Shown: piece after piece, positions 38,701-52,900 of the stretch
Numbering within the stretch: the stretch's first letter is position 1
How the letters are laid out: the number at the start of each line of letters is the position of its first letter
Origin: Haplodiscus bocki
Lineage: Eukaryota
Length of the DNA: 64,000 nucleotides
Reading direction: 5' to 3'
Assembly (NCBI GenBank): GCA_965655095.1
Contig: OZ296649.1
Location: 129,022,001-129,086,000 of the forward strand
Notes under the pieces: model-generated
What the model was told of the DNA's origin: nothing
The model's database searches: none
Seen by the model: only the letters and a program-made list of their open reading frames with translations
Made by a program: the position numbers and the translations under genes

Positions 38701-41435
38701 CGCTTCCGATGATGTCCAATTTTACTCCGTTTAATGTGCTGTTGTTAGATTTCGCTATCCAGAGTGAGCTGCGGAACAGATTCTTCCCGGCTGGTTTTGT
38801 GCCCTAGCGAGTTACTAGAAGCAGTAGCTGAGGCATGCTCACTTAAATTACAACTTCTAAGTTTCAAAAAACATAAAAACAAGTAGCAATTGGCACTTCG
38901 ATGCCGGGGTTTTGATACCGAACACAAACATTTAACAGATTCTAACAAAAAAGAGAAAAATAGGCTCCTTTTAAGCCAAAATCAAACCCAGAATACTTTT
39001 TTAGGCAGGTGTTTCAATTTCTGGCCATTCTTTTAAGTAATTTTGCCAGGGTTGGCAAAAGTGTGATCGCAGGAGAAACTTCTTTGTATGTTGCTTTAAA
39101 TACTCCTTTAAAAAACACTCTCAAAAGACTCTGAGGCTTTGGGACTGGAAGTCCCGGCGATGATGCTCATTAGGAACGATTCTGGGCTAGACTGAAAATG
39201 GCAAAAATGGGCACTCTTGTCGGTGTCTGCAAAAATTGTTAGAACATCAAAATGGGCTGAGAAATAGTGAAATAACCCTCGGTACAGGCCTCGAAACTTT
39301 GAAAAAAAAACATTTACCCTGAAAATCATGAAATAGACTGAGCTTCCCACAATAAAAAATCGATGAAATCTTCATGGTAAAATGAGGTAAGGGGACAATC
39401 TAGAAAACTTTCCGGTCCTAAAAACTTAAGAAATCCGAGAATCCGAGAAACACATTTTTTCTAAACGGCACCGTCATTCTTGGGCTGAAGTCCCTATTTT
39501 TTTTTGTTTGTCATCGTTTAAGGACACAACTTTTCTTGAATTCCTCTACGGTTGTCAATCAAAGTTTTTGTTTGATAGGAACCTTTCTTACGCTCCATGA
39601 ACATAACGCTTGATTTAGCGCCGGACAAAGAAAAGTCCTTTTTTCCACCAAATCACTTGAAATTTTGATGTCGTGATTTATTTATTGTTTCTCACAAATG
39701 TTAGATTTAGATTAATGCTCCTGAAAACCAAAAACTTCGACGTTGACAGCTACCTGCAAGAACCTGATGATCTGTGAGATTTGCTCTGAGGCTGAAAATT
39801 CATATCCCCTAGGAACAATTCTTTGAAAACTGCAATTATTAACAAAAAGAGTAAAAGTTTGATTTTATTTCGGTTTTGTCCACGAATATGGTCTTATCCT
39901 CTTTCTCCAACTTCATCAAAAAGGAAGAAGCGTCTTGAGTATGCTTGCAGGTTGCTCTGTTGTATGCCCTGCATGTCAAAATTTTGCCAAAATCGGGACT
40001 TTGAATTTTTTAAATGAGATTGTGAAATTCTAAAATCGAAAATCGGTTGAGCCGCGAGGTATCTATCTATCAAAATGGTGTGTCTTCGATTTTGATCCTT
40101 TGGGTTTTTTTTCCTCAATTTTGTGGCAGCGCAGGTTTTTATGATTTCGGGCTCTTCCTTTTATGTCCAGCTTTTAAAGAAAGCATCTAAGTTGGAATTT
40201 AAAGTTTTTGAAAAACTGGGCTATCGCAATTTGCTGTTGTCAAAGAGTTTTTCTTACTTTTTTACGATCGGGGTATCACAATTTTTGCTTGAAACGTTTT
40301 GCTTTCACAGCATCAAAAAATTTGGCAAGGAAACAGTATTGATTTCCATTTTTACCTGAATTGATACGAATTACTCCCTGTTTTTATCAAAGTCTTTCGA
40401 ACAAGCAAGCAAGTAACCAATCATCAACATAGTGAACAACTGTCATCCGAGCAAAATTTGCCAATTCGCACGGATTGAAATTGCTTGGCAAAATCTGGTT
40501 TATTCTAGGCACTAACGGAAGAATCAATTAGAAAATCATTCAAATTACACTATCAAACATAATGGATCAAGCGGTTCTGCAAGCGAGAGGTGCCTTACCG
40601 CCGGTGCTTGGGATCATTCTTGCCGTGAATGATGCAGCAGGATCCTGCTAGCCATTCCAAGACCGTATCAGAAATTTAGTAAGATCTTGAAAACGCAACC
40701 ATGACCCGTTTAACAGTGTTTGCATGATCATAAAACGGTGTGTCTAGAACACTGCCATTTCAAAATGTTTCACTGATAAACTCATCTTTTGACGGCTCAG
40801 CTCCTATCAAAAACATGAATTAGCAGATGTTTTATACATCATATCAGACAACCAAAAATTTTATTAACGAAATGGCGGTATGATTTTCAAGGGTCCTGTA
40901 GTCGTTAAAAAATCTCGCTGATGTTTTTCGTGCTTAAAAGTGTTTATCAAAACCAATTTCTTGGTGATCAATGGATTCAACCAACTATATAAATGGTACA
41001 GATTATAATGAAATTAATCTTTTGAGCAATGCCATGCTATTTACTGACATTTGCGGAGAAGACCTTTTATTCTTGGCAAACATTAATAACGGCGTAAATT
41101 GATAACAAAATGGGTTTATTGACTTTCAGTAGCTTCACTTCTTCTCCCTCATACTTGCTGGGGATAAATGACATTCCTGAATCAGTAAAGAATAGTTATT
41201 CGGGTTATTAGATCAAAAATATTGCATACCATTGTGTAATTGTTTGCATAGATCAACGCTGATCAATCATGTGTTCGATATTTAACTCAAACTCTTGAAC
41301 CACGGCAGTTCTTAGAGGGAGGTGGGAGATTCGCTCCATTTTTGAGATTTTTGTCACCTGGACTGCACAAAAACTGTTTTCATAATTGCTTGATCTATAC
41401 CCAAAATTTTTTTTACCTCTTTGAAATTATCAAAT

Positions 41436-41828
41436 ATGAGCTCAACTGATAACAAAAACGATGAAACTATTTCGCCATCAACACTAGCGCTCTCAAAACC
41501 AGAAGAAGATACTGAGCCTGAAGATATCATTTCGCAAGTACCGGAAAAATGGACCAAGAGATGGATGAAGTCTTTCAAAGCATGTTTCTCCGGCAACGCC
41601 GAAACCGCCAGAGCCTGGGCTTGCGTGACTTGTCTCATGTTAATCACTATTCCAGTTGGTATGCCACTTTTTGGAACCAGTTTATTGATAGACCAAATGA
41701 AGGAAGAGTTGAGTACTTCGACGGCTGTGATTGGCTGGATTGTTTCAACCGCCTGGGGTCTCAACGCGGCCTTCTCTCCTGTTTCTGGTGCATTTATCAC
41801 AAAAGACAACACACTTTCAGCAATCAAG
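41436..41828 (+). CDS. SLC16/monocarboxylate-transporter-like MFS protein, coding exon 1 of 7
   Basis: ATG at 41436; TM1-2 AWACVTCLML...EELSTSTAVIGWIVS; donor AAG|GTAAAT, phase 0. Confidence 0.85.
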
Positions 41829-42340
41829 GTAAATTAATTTAGTCTGAGAAAAGTCTATCATTTTGGATATCCGTACGCATTTTCTTACTTTTTGTTGTAT
41901 TTTTAATACCTAAAAATCTAAAATTTCAAAGGAAGAATTTGGTTATTATAAGAATTTTAATCGAAGTTTAAGAAGTCTTGGAACTTCTGGTTTCTGAAAA
42001 CTGCCTCCATCAAAATACTTCAGAACCAGCAAAGAAGTTAACCTAAATACGTTCTAGAAATGTTTGATCAAACTCATTGGTTTCACTCGTGAAAATTTTT
42101 TTTGAATAATCTACAAAAGTCTCATTTGCTTCCAGTTCCATTCTGAAAACATTTTCGAACATTTTTATTGCTCCGGAACAATTCGTTTAAATGTACTTTA
42201 AACAATTAAAAGTATGCATTTAGAGAAAACAAGTAACCATAATACACATGAGATAACGAGGAGGAGTTCTCTGGACGAAACATGAAAATTTGACACCCTT
42301 AACTAAAAATTCAAACTTTTGGTGCGCGTTTTTTATTTAG

Positions 42341-42704
42341 ATGGGACTTTTTTTCTCGGTCATCAGTCTCTACCTGGCTTCCTTGTGCACGACACCAGTC
42401 AGTCTTTTCAGCACCCTCGGTGTCGCTTTCGGAATTAGTTCCAATTTGATCTATTACGCAATCAGCAGCCAGGCTGGATCCTATTTTCCCCACAAACACC
42501 AAATCAAGCACAGCAAGGGAGCCAGTGCATACAGTCTTCTGGGCTTCGCTCTGGCACAAATTGTGTCTGGATACGTCTACAGTTACATCCTCCGGTTCAA
42601 AACATGGCATGAAGTTATCCAGGGCACCTCTGTGTTCATGTTCGTCATTGGCTATGGGTCTCTCACAGCCCTTGAGGCGCTGCATGCCAAATCAGACAAT
42701 CACA
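42341..42704 (+). CDS. SLC16-like transporter exon 2
   Basis: Acceptor TTTTATTTAG; TM3-6 with SYF loop; donor A|GTTAGT, phase 1. Confidence 0.88.
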
Positions 42705-43187
42705 GTTAGTTCAAACGTCACAGGACGGACCCAAATTTCGGTCTCGTCAATCTATTGAAAATAGTAACAAAAATTGAAAAGTTTCAGATTACAAGAACCT
42801 GTTTCCAAGGGCATTTTCAATCGTTTTGTGTGGATTGGCGACTGCTTCATCTTTTTTCCACAACCTCAAACAAGTCAAAGTTTGTTTCTCAGTTTTGCTT
42901 CTATGGCAGAGAACAAACTCCACAAAAAGACCCTTTATGGAATTACCTATCATAAAACTGAACCCACCCGAGAAAAATCAAATTAGAACAAATGTTTGAT
43001 GCACTCATTTTTATGCAAGAAAAATAAAGTTATTGCTATCATGCTGCATAGCTCAGCAGAAGATGTTCAAATCTGCAGTTCCCAAAATTTGTTGCAAGCC
43101 AGAGCTACCTTAGCTTTATTTACTTCCGAAAAATGAGATTTCAAAATAGTTAGTGATGACAAAAACCTTGAATCTTTTGAGTTTCAG

Positions 43188-43411
43188 ACCAGTTGTCGCG
43201 AAATACCAGACGTAACAGAATGAACGGTGAGTCATCCCAAAGAGAAGCACGGCCTTTGGCGTTTTTGTTTAGCCAGTGTTCCACTGAAATGATGAGATTT
43301 CCTTCTTTCTACTGGCTCATTCTGGATGTTCTCACTTTTTGGCTGTCCAACCTCATAGGACTCATGTTTCTACCCGGAGAAATGGCATCGAAGGGATACC
43401 AAAATGAACAA
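43188..43411 (+). CDS. SLC16-like transporter exon 3
   Basis: Acceptor TTTCAG is phase-compatible; central loop plus TM7 (FPSFYWLILDV...MFLP); donor CAA|GTTAGC, phase 0. Confidence 0.85.
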
Positions 43412-43590
43412 GTTAGCTGTCTACTAATTTTTGTTAGGGCAAATGTAAATTGAATAGTGAAACTTCTTCATTTATTTCATGAAAATAAATCGAAAATATT
43501 GGGCAAGACCATATACCTCAATCAGCCAGTACAACAATACAGTAAAACATGCAAATTTTTGAAAACCAAATGCCAATGCGAAGTTTTTGG

Positions 43591-46500
43591 CCCGGGCCAA
43601 TTTGTTTGAGATTCGCCATTATTTTACTAAGATCGCCGATAATTCCGCTGATACAGCTGTTGATCTGCTAAGAGCCGCCGATGCCCCGTGATCGTAGAAA
43701 TTCTGTTGAGAGTTGAGGTTGACCGCCGCTATTTTTCTGAGAAAAGCCGTTATTTCCGCCTATACCCCACGAGAAAAAACGCCGGTCCGTTTTTAAGTAC
43801 TACGGCAGAAGAGGCTAACCCAATTGGCAAACCAGATTTTCGCAGAAGAAAATCATAAAACGTCGGAATGGTTTTTGTTTCAAGACGGAGGCTATCATAT
43901 ACCGAAATCTTCACCTCACAAAAATCAGGGAAACTACCCAGTTTAAACTTTTTTGGGAGTAGACCGCTATTTTTCCGGAATAAGTGCATAAACGCCACTA
44001 ACGTCGCTGACCTTCGATTAACAAGCTCTCAATGCCTTTAAACCAACAAGGACCACCGCTAAGGCGGTTAGCGTTCCAGTTGAATACCAGAAAAAAGCGT
44101 CAGTCAAAAAACTCAATTTCCCACATCAAGAAGAATCAATAAGTCATGTTCATTCGAACATTTTTCCCAAAAAGGGTGGTGAAGCTTTCAGAGCTATATT
44201 TCCACGAAAATGTGGGGCAATCGATGGGGATCTAAATCTGCACCTGCGCGTGGTGGCTTTTCTAGTGTCAGTTAAACTAAAATGGCCAAGCATGAATGGA
44301 CAAAGAGGGAACATGTAAAGACTTGAATTCTGAGTTCGCGGTTTGCAAAAGTGCCGACATTTTTTATCTGAAGACTTTGTTAAAAATTTCATTTATTTTT
44401 TTTGAGAAATCCTGGTTACAAGCTATTTGTGTATGTGTTTTTTCTGCAGGCCTTTCTGTTCCTGTGAATCGCTTTCCGATGCCAATATATTAATAAAAAA
44501 GTTTTCGTTCTTTTCGTTGCCTGAAGTCTTCAAATGGTGTTTAGATGAAACCCTTTTTTTATGGAAGACTCTTCATTTTTTTGTAGTTTTTTTCTGAAAA
44601 ATGGGGCTTTGAATTGCGTCTGCACGTGGTAGCTTTGGGAGTGTCGGTGATAATGTCATAACTAGCCAAGACTGCGCAAACTTTGAACATCTAAACTTAA
44701 ACTTGACGTCTTAGTTCGAGTCTTGCAAAAATTCCGACAGTTTTAATTCTTACCGTATTTTCATTCACTTTACATTTTCATATCTTATTGTTTCCGGTTA
44801 TACGCCGTTAACACCGTTAACGCCGCTATTTTTCCAATCGTTAACGGTTTCTGAGGCTAACTTTAACAACCATTGACGCGTTTATACTGGAAAAATGTCG
44901 AGATTTTTTTGATCCAGGTAGCGGCAGTGAGATACCAACCAAACAGACTTTCGGTTCCATCGTCTCCAAATTTATTTGTGGGAGCCAAGATCGTCCGGCA
45001 ACTTCATCTCCATTTTTTTCTTTTAACAAGATGAAATACGCTTTTCAGATTCAATGAGCCTTCCCTATGTTGTCGGATTTGGCAATGTGGTTTGTTTCAA
45101 ATACCGTTCGATATCGGTTTTGCGATATCGGTATGATTTCAAGCAGGTTTTGGGCTCCAGTAGATTGTATTTTATTGTCGTGAATTTTGTCAAAATGGCT
45201 TTTTTGCATCCACAAGCTGAAAGTATTCAGCTTGAAACACAAGGACTCCTATTTTCATCATCTGCTAACTTCGGTTGTGGAAGGCAACATTGCCTGACAA
45301 CTTTATTTACGTTTTCTAATCATTTTTTATTGCTAGTTGAGCAGTTTCAAAATGTAAAATTTTCGCTGCTAATGTTGAACAACAGTGGCGAAAAATTTAT
45401 TGGCGAATTTTTGCCCAGATTGTGGCAATCAGAAATCCACCTTTTTTTCTAAGATATTGGCGGTAATTTATTAAGGGAAATTTCATAAAAAAACGGCTGT
45501 AATCGCTGCGAATTTTCCGAGAAATTTCGGTAACAGATGCCAAATATCTAAGAAACGCCGGTAACCGCTGTTACTTTTGTATGAAATACCGGCGATTCGC
45601 GTTTTTTCCGCCGATGCCCCGTGATCGTAGAAATTCTGTTGAGAGTTGAGGTTGACCGCCGCTATTTTTCTGAGAAAAGCCGTTATTTCCGCCTATACCC
45701 CACGAGAAAAAACGCCGGTCCGTTTTTAAGTACTACGGCAGAAGAGGCTAACCCAATTGGCAAACCAGATTTTCGCAGAAGAAAATCATAAAACGTCGGA
45801 ATGGTTTTTGTTTCAAGACGGAGGCTATCATATACCGAAATCTTCACCTCACAAAAATCAGGGAAACTACCCAGTTTAAACTTTTTTGGGAGTAGACCGC
45901 TATTTTTCCGGAATAAGTGCATAAACGCCACTAACGTCGCTGACCTTCGATTAACAAGCTCTCAATGCCTTTAAACCAACAAGGACCACCGCTAAGGCGG
46001 TTAGCGTTCCAGTTGAATACCAGAAAAAAGCGTCAGTCAAAAAACTCAATTTCCCACATCAAGAAGAATCAATAAGTCATGTTCATTCGAACATTTTTCC
46101 CAAAAAGGGTGGTGAAGCTTTCAGAGCTATATTTCCACGAAAATGTGGGGCAATCGATGGGGATCTAAATCTGCACCTGCGCGTGGTGGCTTTTCTAGTG
46201 TCAGTTAAACTAAAATGGCCAAGCATGAATGGACAAAGAGGGAACATGTAAAGACTTGAATTCTGAGTTCGCGGTTTGCAAAAGTGCCGACATTTTTTAT
46301 CTGAAGACTTTGTTAAAAATTTCATTTATTTTTTTTGAGAAATCCTGGTTACAAGCTATTTGTGTATGTGTTTTTTCTGCAGGCCTTTCTGTTCCTGTGA
46401 ATCGCTTTCCGATGCCAATATATTAATAAAAAAGTTTTCGTTCTTTTCGTTGCCTGAAGTCTTCAAATGGTGTTTAGATGAAACCCTTTTTTTATGGAAG

Positions 46501-47590
46501 ACTCTTCATTTTTTTGTAGTTTTTTTCTGAAAAATGGGGCTTTGAATTGCGTCTGCACGTGGTAGCTTTGGGAGTGTCGGTGATAATGTCATAACTAGCC
46601 AAGACTGCGCAAACTTTGAACATCTAAACTTAAACTTGACGTCTTAGTTCGAGTCTTGCAAAAATTCCGACAGTTTTAATTCTTACCGTATTTTCATTCA
46701 CTTTACATTTTCATATCTTATTGTTTCCGGTTATACGCCGTTAACACCGTTAACGCCGCTATTTTTCCAATCGTTAACGGTTTCTGAGGCTAACTTTAAC
46801 AACCATTGACGCGTTTATACTGGAAAAATGTCGAGATTTTTTTGATCCAGGTAGCGGCAGTGAGATACCAACCAAACAGACTTTCGGTTCCATCGTCTCC
46901 AAATTTATTTGTGGGAGCCAAGATCGTCCGGCAACTTCATCTCCATTTTTTTCTTTTAACAAGATGAAATACGCTTTTCAGATTCAATGAGCCTTCCCTA
47001 TGTTGTCGGATTTGGCAATGTGGTTTGTTTCAAATACCGTTCGATATCGGTTTTGCGATATCGGTATGATTTCAAGCAGGTTTTGGGCTCCAGTAGATTG
47101 TATTTTATTGTCGTGAATTTTGTCAAAATGGCTTTTTTGCATCCACAAGCTGAAAGTATTCAGCTTGAAACACAAGGACTCCTATTTTCATCATCTGCTA
47201 ACTTCGGTTGTGGAAGGCAACATTGCCTGACAACTTTATTTACGTTTTCTAATCATTTTTTATTGCTAGTTGAGCAGTTTCAAAATGTAAAATTTTCGCT
47301 GCTAATGTTGAACAACAGTGGCGAAAAATTTATTGGCGAATTTTTGCCCAGATTGTGGCAATCAGAAATCCACCTTTTTTTCTAAGATATTGGCGGTAAT
47401 TTATTAAGGGAAATTTCATAAAAAAACGGCTGTAATCGCTGCGAATTTTCCGAGAAATTTCGGTAACAGATGCCAAATATCTAAGAAACGCCGGTAACCG
47501 CTGTTACTTTTGTATGAAATACCGGCGATTCGCGTTTTTTCCGCCGATCCACCGTTATCGTAGAAATATTTCAGCCAAAATTTCGACCCG
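43591..47590. mobile_element. Non-autonomous DNA transposon with CCGGG-type imperfect TIRs and CGCCG subterminal motifs, internally duplicated
   Basis: Left end CCGGGCCAATTT versus right end AAATTTCGACCCGG, with dense (A/C)CGCCG motifs near both ends. A related start CCTGGGTCAAAC occurs at ~49631. Confidence 0.45.
43675..47540. repeat. Direct tandem duplication, 2 x 1933 bp
   Basis: Copies are 43675-45607 and 45608-47540. All six ORF-track translations repeat identically at offset 1933. Confidence 0.97.
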
Positions 47591-50500
47591 GAAAACAGTG
47601 TGAGACAAAAAAATCAACAAAACATTGTGAGAAACCTTTGTTGAACAGACTCTGTTGACAAAAACAAAACATTCCAATTATTCAAAGCCTCCCACGAGTC
47701 TGACAGGCAGTGCATGTTCGGGCAGTTCTCGGTTTGTTTTACATATTAAAACTATTTTATCGAAAGACCCTCAACACGCAGCTGATGAGATTGTACATTT
47801 GAAGGTATCACATATGGCAAAATTATCGCGTCATTGCGCTGCAATGTTGATAATGTTCGACGGTACATTAATGATGAAAGATCGTATAAAAGTATACAGA
47901 TGCTGAAAGTCGAGTTCGGCAGCTACTTAGACATAGCAGAAAAATGCCGGATGGGTAAGATATGGAAGTAGAGTCAGGGTGGGAGAAAAAAAGGTGGCAA
48001 CTGTAAAATATGATTTTTGGGCACAATCCAGACATCTGCGCAAAGTGATTTGGGGATGGCTCGCGAAGGTCATATATATATATATATGCGTAGTAGTTGT
48101 GATACCACTTCCGACTAGTATAGAAATCTGACGGTAACAAAGCTTCCTCGGAGCAGAAAAGACCTCGAAGTTTTCATAAAAAATGAATTTTCCCGATGTT
48201 TATGGCAAAAAAATCGGAAAAAAATCAATTTATTTTGTATAACAAGAATTGGTCCTCCGCAACACAAAAGGCCCGACCAAAGCAACCGAGACATTTGGTA
48301 ACCATGACAATGATGGAATGGCGGAAACACGAGCGTTATGTCTTTCCTCGAAAAATGTTCCACTAAAAGACAGCAGAAACAATGCAGCGAAATGTCTCTT
48401 GACATACTGAAAGCTCTATTTTACCCCTAAGTCTCAATCAACGAGCGAGTGGTTCAATCCACCCAAGGTATTCGCAAGCCATGCTGATGAAAAATGAGCC
48501 CGGAAATAACGGAAAACTTGATGGAGCACCCAAGCAACATGAGCTCCGAGAACTGGGATGACTTTCTACTTGCTCTCTGAAAATGCAGCTTTTTTCAAAT
48601 AATTTCGCATATTTTCCGTATTGAAAAAAATTCAAGCTGACGAAAAGTTCGGGCATGCTCAACTACAACTTTGAGTGAATCTTGGTACACGAAAAATTTT
48701 TGTCCGTCGAAAATTTTGGACACGGTCTTTCATGACCTTCCCGAATTTTTTTGCGAAAATTAGATGGAATGCACCAGTAGAATAGGAGTAATTGGGCTTC
48801 AGAATTGACAAACACTAGAAAACTTATAGCGGGCAGTAATTAGGGACGGAAAAAAATAAAAGAATAAAATACGAGTTTCCAAAATCCGTCGTAGAGCGGA
48901 AATATGCTTCGTTTCGCTCACAAAAATTTGAACTAATTTCATTGCTATTGCTTTTTTCCATATCTCTCGCTTTGGAATGAGATGATAGAATTTCAATACA
49001 CAACGGGTCTCCTACAAAACAGTGTCGTCGCTTTGAGAGAAATACAACAACTGTTCAATTGTCTGGTCAAAATGATTTAATTATGGGAGCATCCTAGAAC
49101 ACTCATCACCAGACAGCCTTCTCCAAAAATCAATTGCCGACTTTTTTCTACGTTCCCAAAACATGTAATTTGGAAGGAACATTTTTTTCGTCCTCTTCGA
49201 TTTTTCATACATTTACTTGTCAGTTGCACGATTGCTGCAAAATATGAAGAAATAGCATGATTTTGAATTCAAAATTTTTAAGCATCAAATATAAGAATTC
49301 CCGAATACGTGATATATTTCTTTTTTTTCAACTGGCAAAAATAGCGAACTTTATATAAAAACAATATGAAAGGGTAGAATTCCGGAAAACGCTTTTTTAA
49401 CTAAAAATGAAGGATTTTAGAGTTTTTTCAAGAAAATTTTCCAAAATGATGAAATGGGAAAAAGTACAAAATATGCAAAAGAATGCAAATAAAGGAAAAC
49501 TTTTTTTTCGAAGTCAGTAAAGGTGACAAATTTTTTTGTAGAATACGTATAAAATGTTAACAATATGTCGAGGTGTCTCATTTTAAATCCATTTTCCATT
49601 ATGGAAAGCCTTCGTTTCCGAGTATTTTTTCCTGGGTCAAACTTTTTGTGAATTGCCGATGCTTTCCCAAGACCGCCAGTATTTCCACTTATACCGCCGC
49701 TATCAATAAAAGTTCACCGATACGCCGTTAGCTGCACAAGCGTTATGAGTGATGAGATCCTGCTGAAAAGATACCGTATTTTTGGAAACATCCCAGCAGA
49801 AAAACGCGCTAAAATCTTTATAAGTTAGTCCAAACATGAAATAACTTCAAGTTTCATAACACTAACAGACAAGGACACCAATTTTTGCGAATCAAATCAA
49901 AATTAAATCAATTATTTCTCCTCCATCCGATAACCGAGGCTTTTTGAGGAAAATTCTGTCTGCCGAAAAGAAAAATCAGCCATTTGTGGAAAACTGTGAA
50001 ACTTTCGTTAGAAAAACGCTACAAGGTCATAAGCTAATTAGGCTTTTATACCGGAAAACGCTTGTTTTGACCTTTCCGATAATGGTGTTTCTTCTTTTAC
50101 CGAAAGAAGGAAATGTGAAAAAAAGAAATGCAACTTTCATTCCCTAAAAATGTGCAGAGTTGTGTACGAAGTATGTTTTTAGGGAATATAGGCAGAAATT
50201 ATTGTTTCTCATCAGCGGCATGTTTCCATGAAAGGGCTGTATTGAGCAACGATCGACTCTATTTTGTCGTTTACCGGTTTTACTTTTTCATGAAAAGTTG
50301 CTGCCGGTATTATTTGCCAACAAAATAAAAAACAAGACAACTTTTTGCGCCTTTAACACTTTTTTGCACCTTTATATTCGATTTTTTGCTTCTTCGATCC
50401 GAGTTTTGAAACAGCTTTACAAAACAATAGCCGGGCGTACCTAGAATTCTTAAGCGTCTTCTTTGCAAAGTGCACAGTCAAGCAAAGTGACGAAGTTTTT

Positions 50501-50599
50501 TATCGCGTGGAGTTAGAGTAATATTTCTGTTTCAAAATGGTACACAAATAAATTTATTTGACAAAATTAGCTTGTAAATCTGCCAAGACTACGAACAGT

Positions 50600-52900
50600 G
50601 TCCGAAAGAACCCAGCCTTTAGTTTCAACCAAGAAGTGTAAAAACTAAAACCTGGGAACATCTTTGAACGTATATGGCAGAATTGCGCCGGAAGTTTGCA
50701 GGACTGATTGAACAAAAGCCTAATTGTTGTGATAAGTTTAACCATTACTTCAAAAGAAAGCAGATGGAAACAACTGAAGTCATGCCATGAACTGGCGTCG
50801 TCAATTGAAGTTGGAGATATTAAAAGGATCCACCACACAACAAGCAACAAACACCAGAGGAGCTACACGGAAAAAAATTGAGACAGAACAAAAGCCCAGC
50901 TATTTAAACGGGGAAAAGTTGAACGAAACAAGCATGGAAGCTAACACATCCACGATATTGGATGCTCCTCCGTTGGCAATAGCGGAAAAAAACATGTTTC
51001 ATAAAAACAATCACAAATGCCATGGATAAGGAGATGAAGCAGATCAAGAGCGATGTTGGGAGGCTGATCAGTGAAGAGTTCGAAGCTGCTGAACGGTAAT
51101 GTAAATCAAAGAGTTACTGGTTACAGACAGAAACGCGACCAATATGCTTCTTGTCGAACTGAAAGAAGTGGAAAACTGAAGCAATAAACACACAGAAAAA
51201 TACGAGTTTTCTGTGCAAATTTTCAGTTAATTACCTGAGAAAGTGTGAGCTATTGTTGCACACAGGTTGTCTTGTTGTGACGGAAACAAGGAACGCCTTT
51301 CTTCTGAAGCTCTCCAAAAAACTTGCCAAAACTCAATTGCTGCGACGAAAAAGATAACTGGTAACTAACGAAGAACTGAAGCATGTAAGAATATTCGACG
51401 ACCTTACTGTGGCAATAGTAAAGTCTTTAAACTGCAGGAAAACAGAGGAAAAGATTGATTGTCTTTGGAAATGTGAAGAATTATCTATCGTAAAGGGCAG
51501 AACAAACCAAAAAAAACAAACACGAAAACTTGAATGCACTTGTTTGCTGAATTACACACATCTCTTGGTGTCGGGAAACGCTTCGGAAGAAATTAGCAAT
51601 CAGTGGGAGTTGAGTCAGCTCAAACAATGGAGCAAATTTCATACCATAAAATACATGATTTCAAATAATGCTTTAACATCGCTCATTTTATTTCTCAGTT
51701 TGCAATTGTAATTTTTTAAGAACCAGAAACGACCAAAAAAAATCTTGACTCATCACCGCAGCTCAAGCTACAATTCCAACAATGCGCGCCGGCGAATGTT
51801 GCACCTATTCTTGTTTAACCAGAGCTATCAGAAAGATTTGGTGACCTTGGAGCAAACTCGTATTGGCAAAGCATTAATACAGAAACACACAGATGCCAAT
51901 TTGACTAGGGAGATGCACTGCCTATTCCAGAAAATATGACAGAACAGCCAAATGACTGGGGTCACACATACATCGTATGTGTAAGCTACAGCCAATCACG
52001 AGTAAATAAAACTGTTTTATTAGGCTTCAAATATCCGATAAATAAATGTGGTGTTATGTTGAAATATAAACCCTAACTTGGTGGCATCTAAACAATTGGA
52101 TGCAATTGAATAAGATTGTTTTGGGTTGTCAAAAGAAAGTGCAACTCCCAGCTTCTATATTCAAGCCCGTGCAAATACCATTTTCTTATCTGTAACACTG
52201 ACAATAGACTGCTGTGATTTTTTGAATGTTTCTCAGGCAGCAATGCGACAACGATATATTACACTGAAGACTTTCGTAGAAATATGGAAAACAATTTTGC
52301 AGAAAGGTTCCGTTACCGAATAAAACAAAGAATGTGGAGGTTCAGTGCCATCCTTTCAGTTTAATCAGCAAAGTCAAATCTTTGATGAGTACTTTCATAT
52401 TTTTGATGATGGATAAGTTGTTGCAAGCTGTAACTGAAGTGCAACTTGAAATCATACGTCTGAAATGGAAACTAGAAAAAAACAGCCAAATGAATCTCAT
52501 CGCCCAGAGCACTTTTTCCGTCTGGCGTCTGTGAAATATAGCAACTGACAAGAAAGGTCTGAGCTCATGGAAATAAGCACACAAGTACGGAGTGGAGTCA
52601 GGTTCAGTAAGATTTTGCCTTGCCAAAAACATTTTTTCATTTACCATCAGCAATGCTAAACAAACTTCAAAAGTTTTGAATCTACCCCGAACAATAACAG
52701 CCAACGTACGTGAAAAAATTTCTGTTTTGAAAAAAAAAATATCAGATGTCCAACGTTGCACCGATATTGCCGACGCCCTTAATAACTACCACTTTGAAAA
52801 AAAATCAATTTCAAATTTACCCAGTGTACAATTCTAATCATCATACTGGTCGGTGAACAACTTTCGCATCTGATTGTTTCCTAGAAACGAATTGGAAGTA
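50600..52900 (+). pseudogene. Very decayed second Maverick-type PolB relic inside intron 3
   Basis: Traces AIVKSLN...DCLWK, ALIQKHT, VPSFQFN and KNIFSFTIS...LNLP occur in the order expected for NI.N.D..CF.W / QKH / ExoII / KG.FPY...LP. Confidence 0.3.

Noticed and set aside
39547-39752. Small MITE with imperfect TIRs
   Set aside because: The TIR match is too degenerate and no TSD is evident.
41354-42685. Minus-strand ORFs of 157 and 124 aa
   Set aside because: They are antisense shadows of transporter exons 1 and 2.
43750-47385. Duplicated ORFs, including 132-aa 45054-45452
   Set aside because: There is no recognisable domain or splice context. Their identity only reflects the tandem duplication.
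48072-48088. (TA)n microsatellite
   Set aside because: It is short and ordinary.
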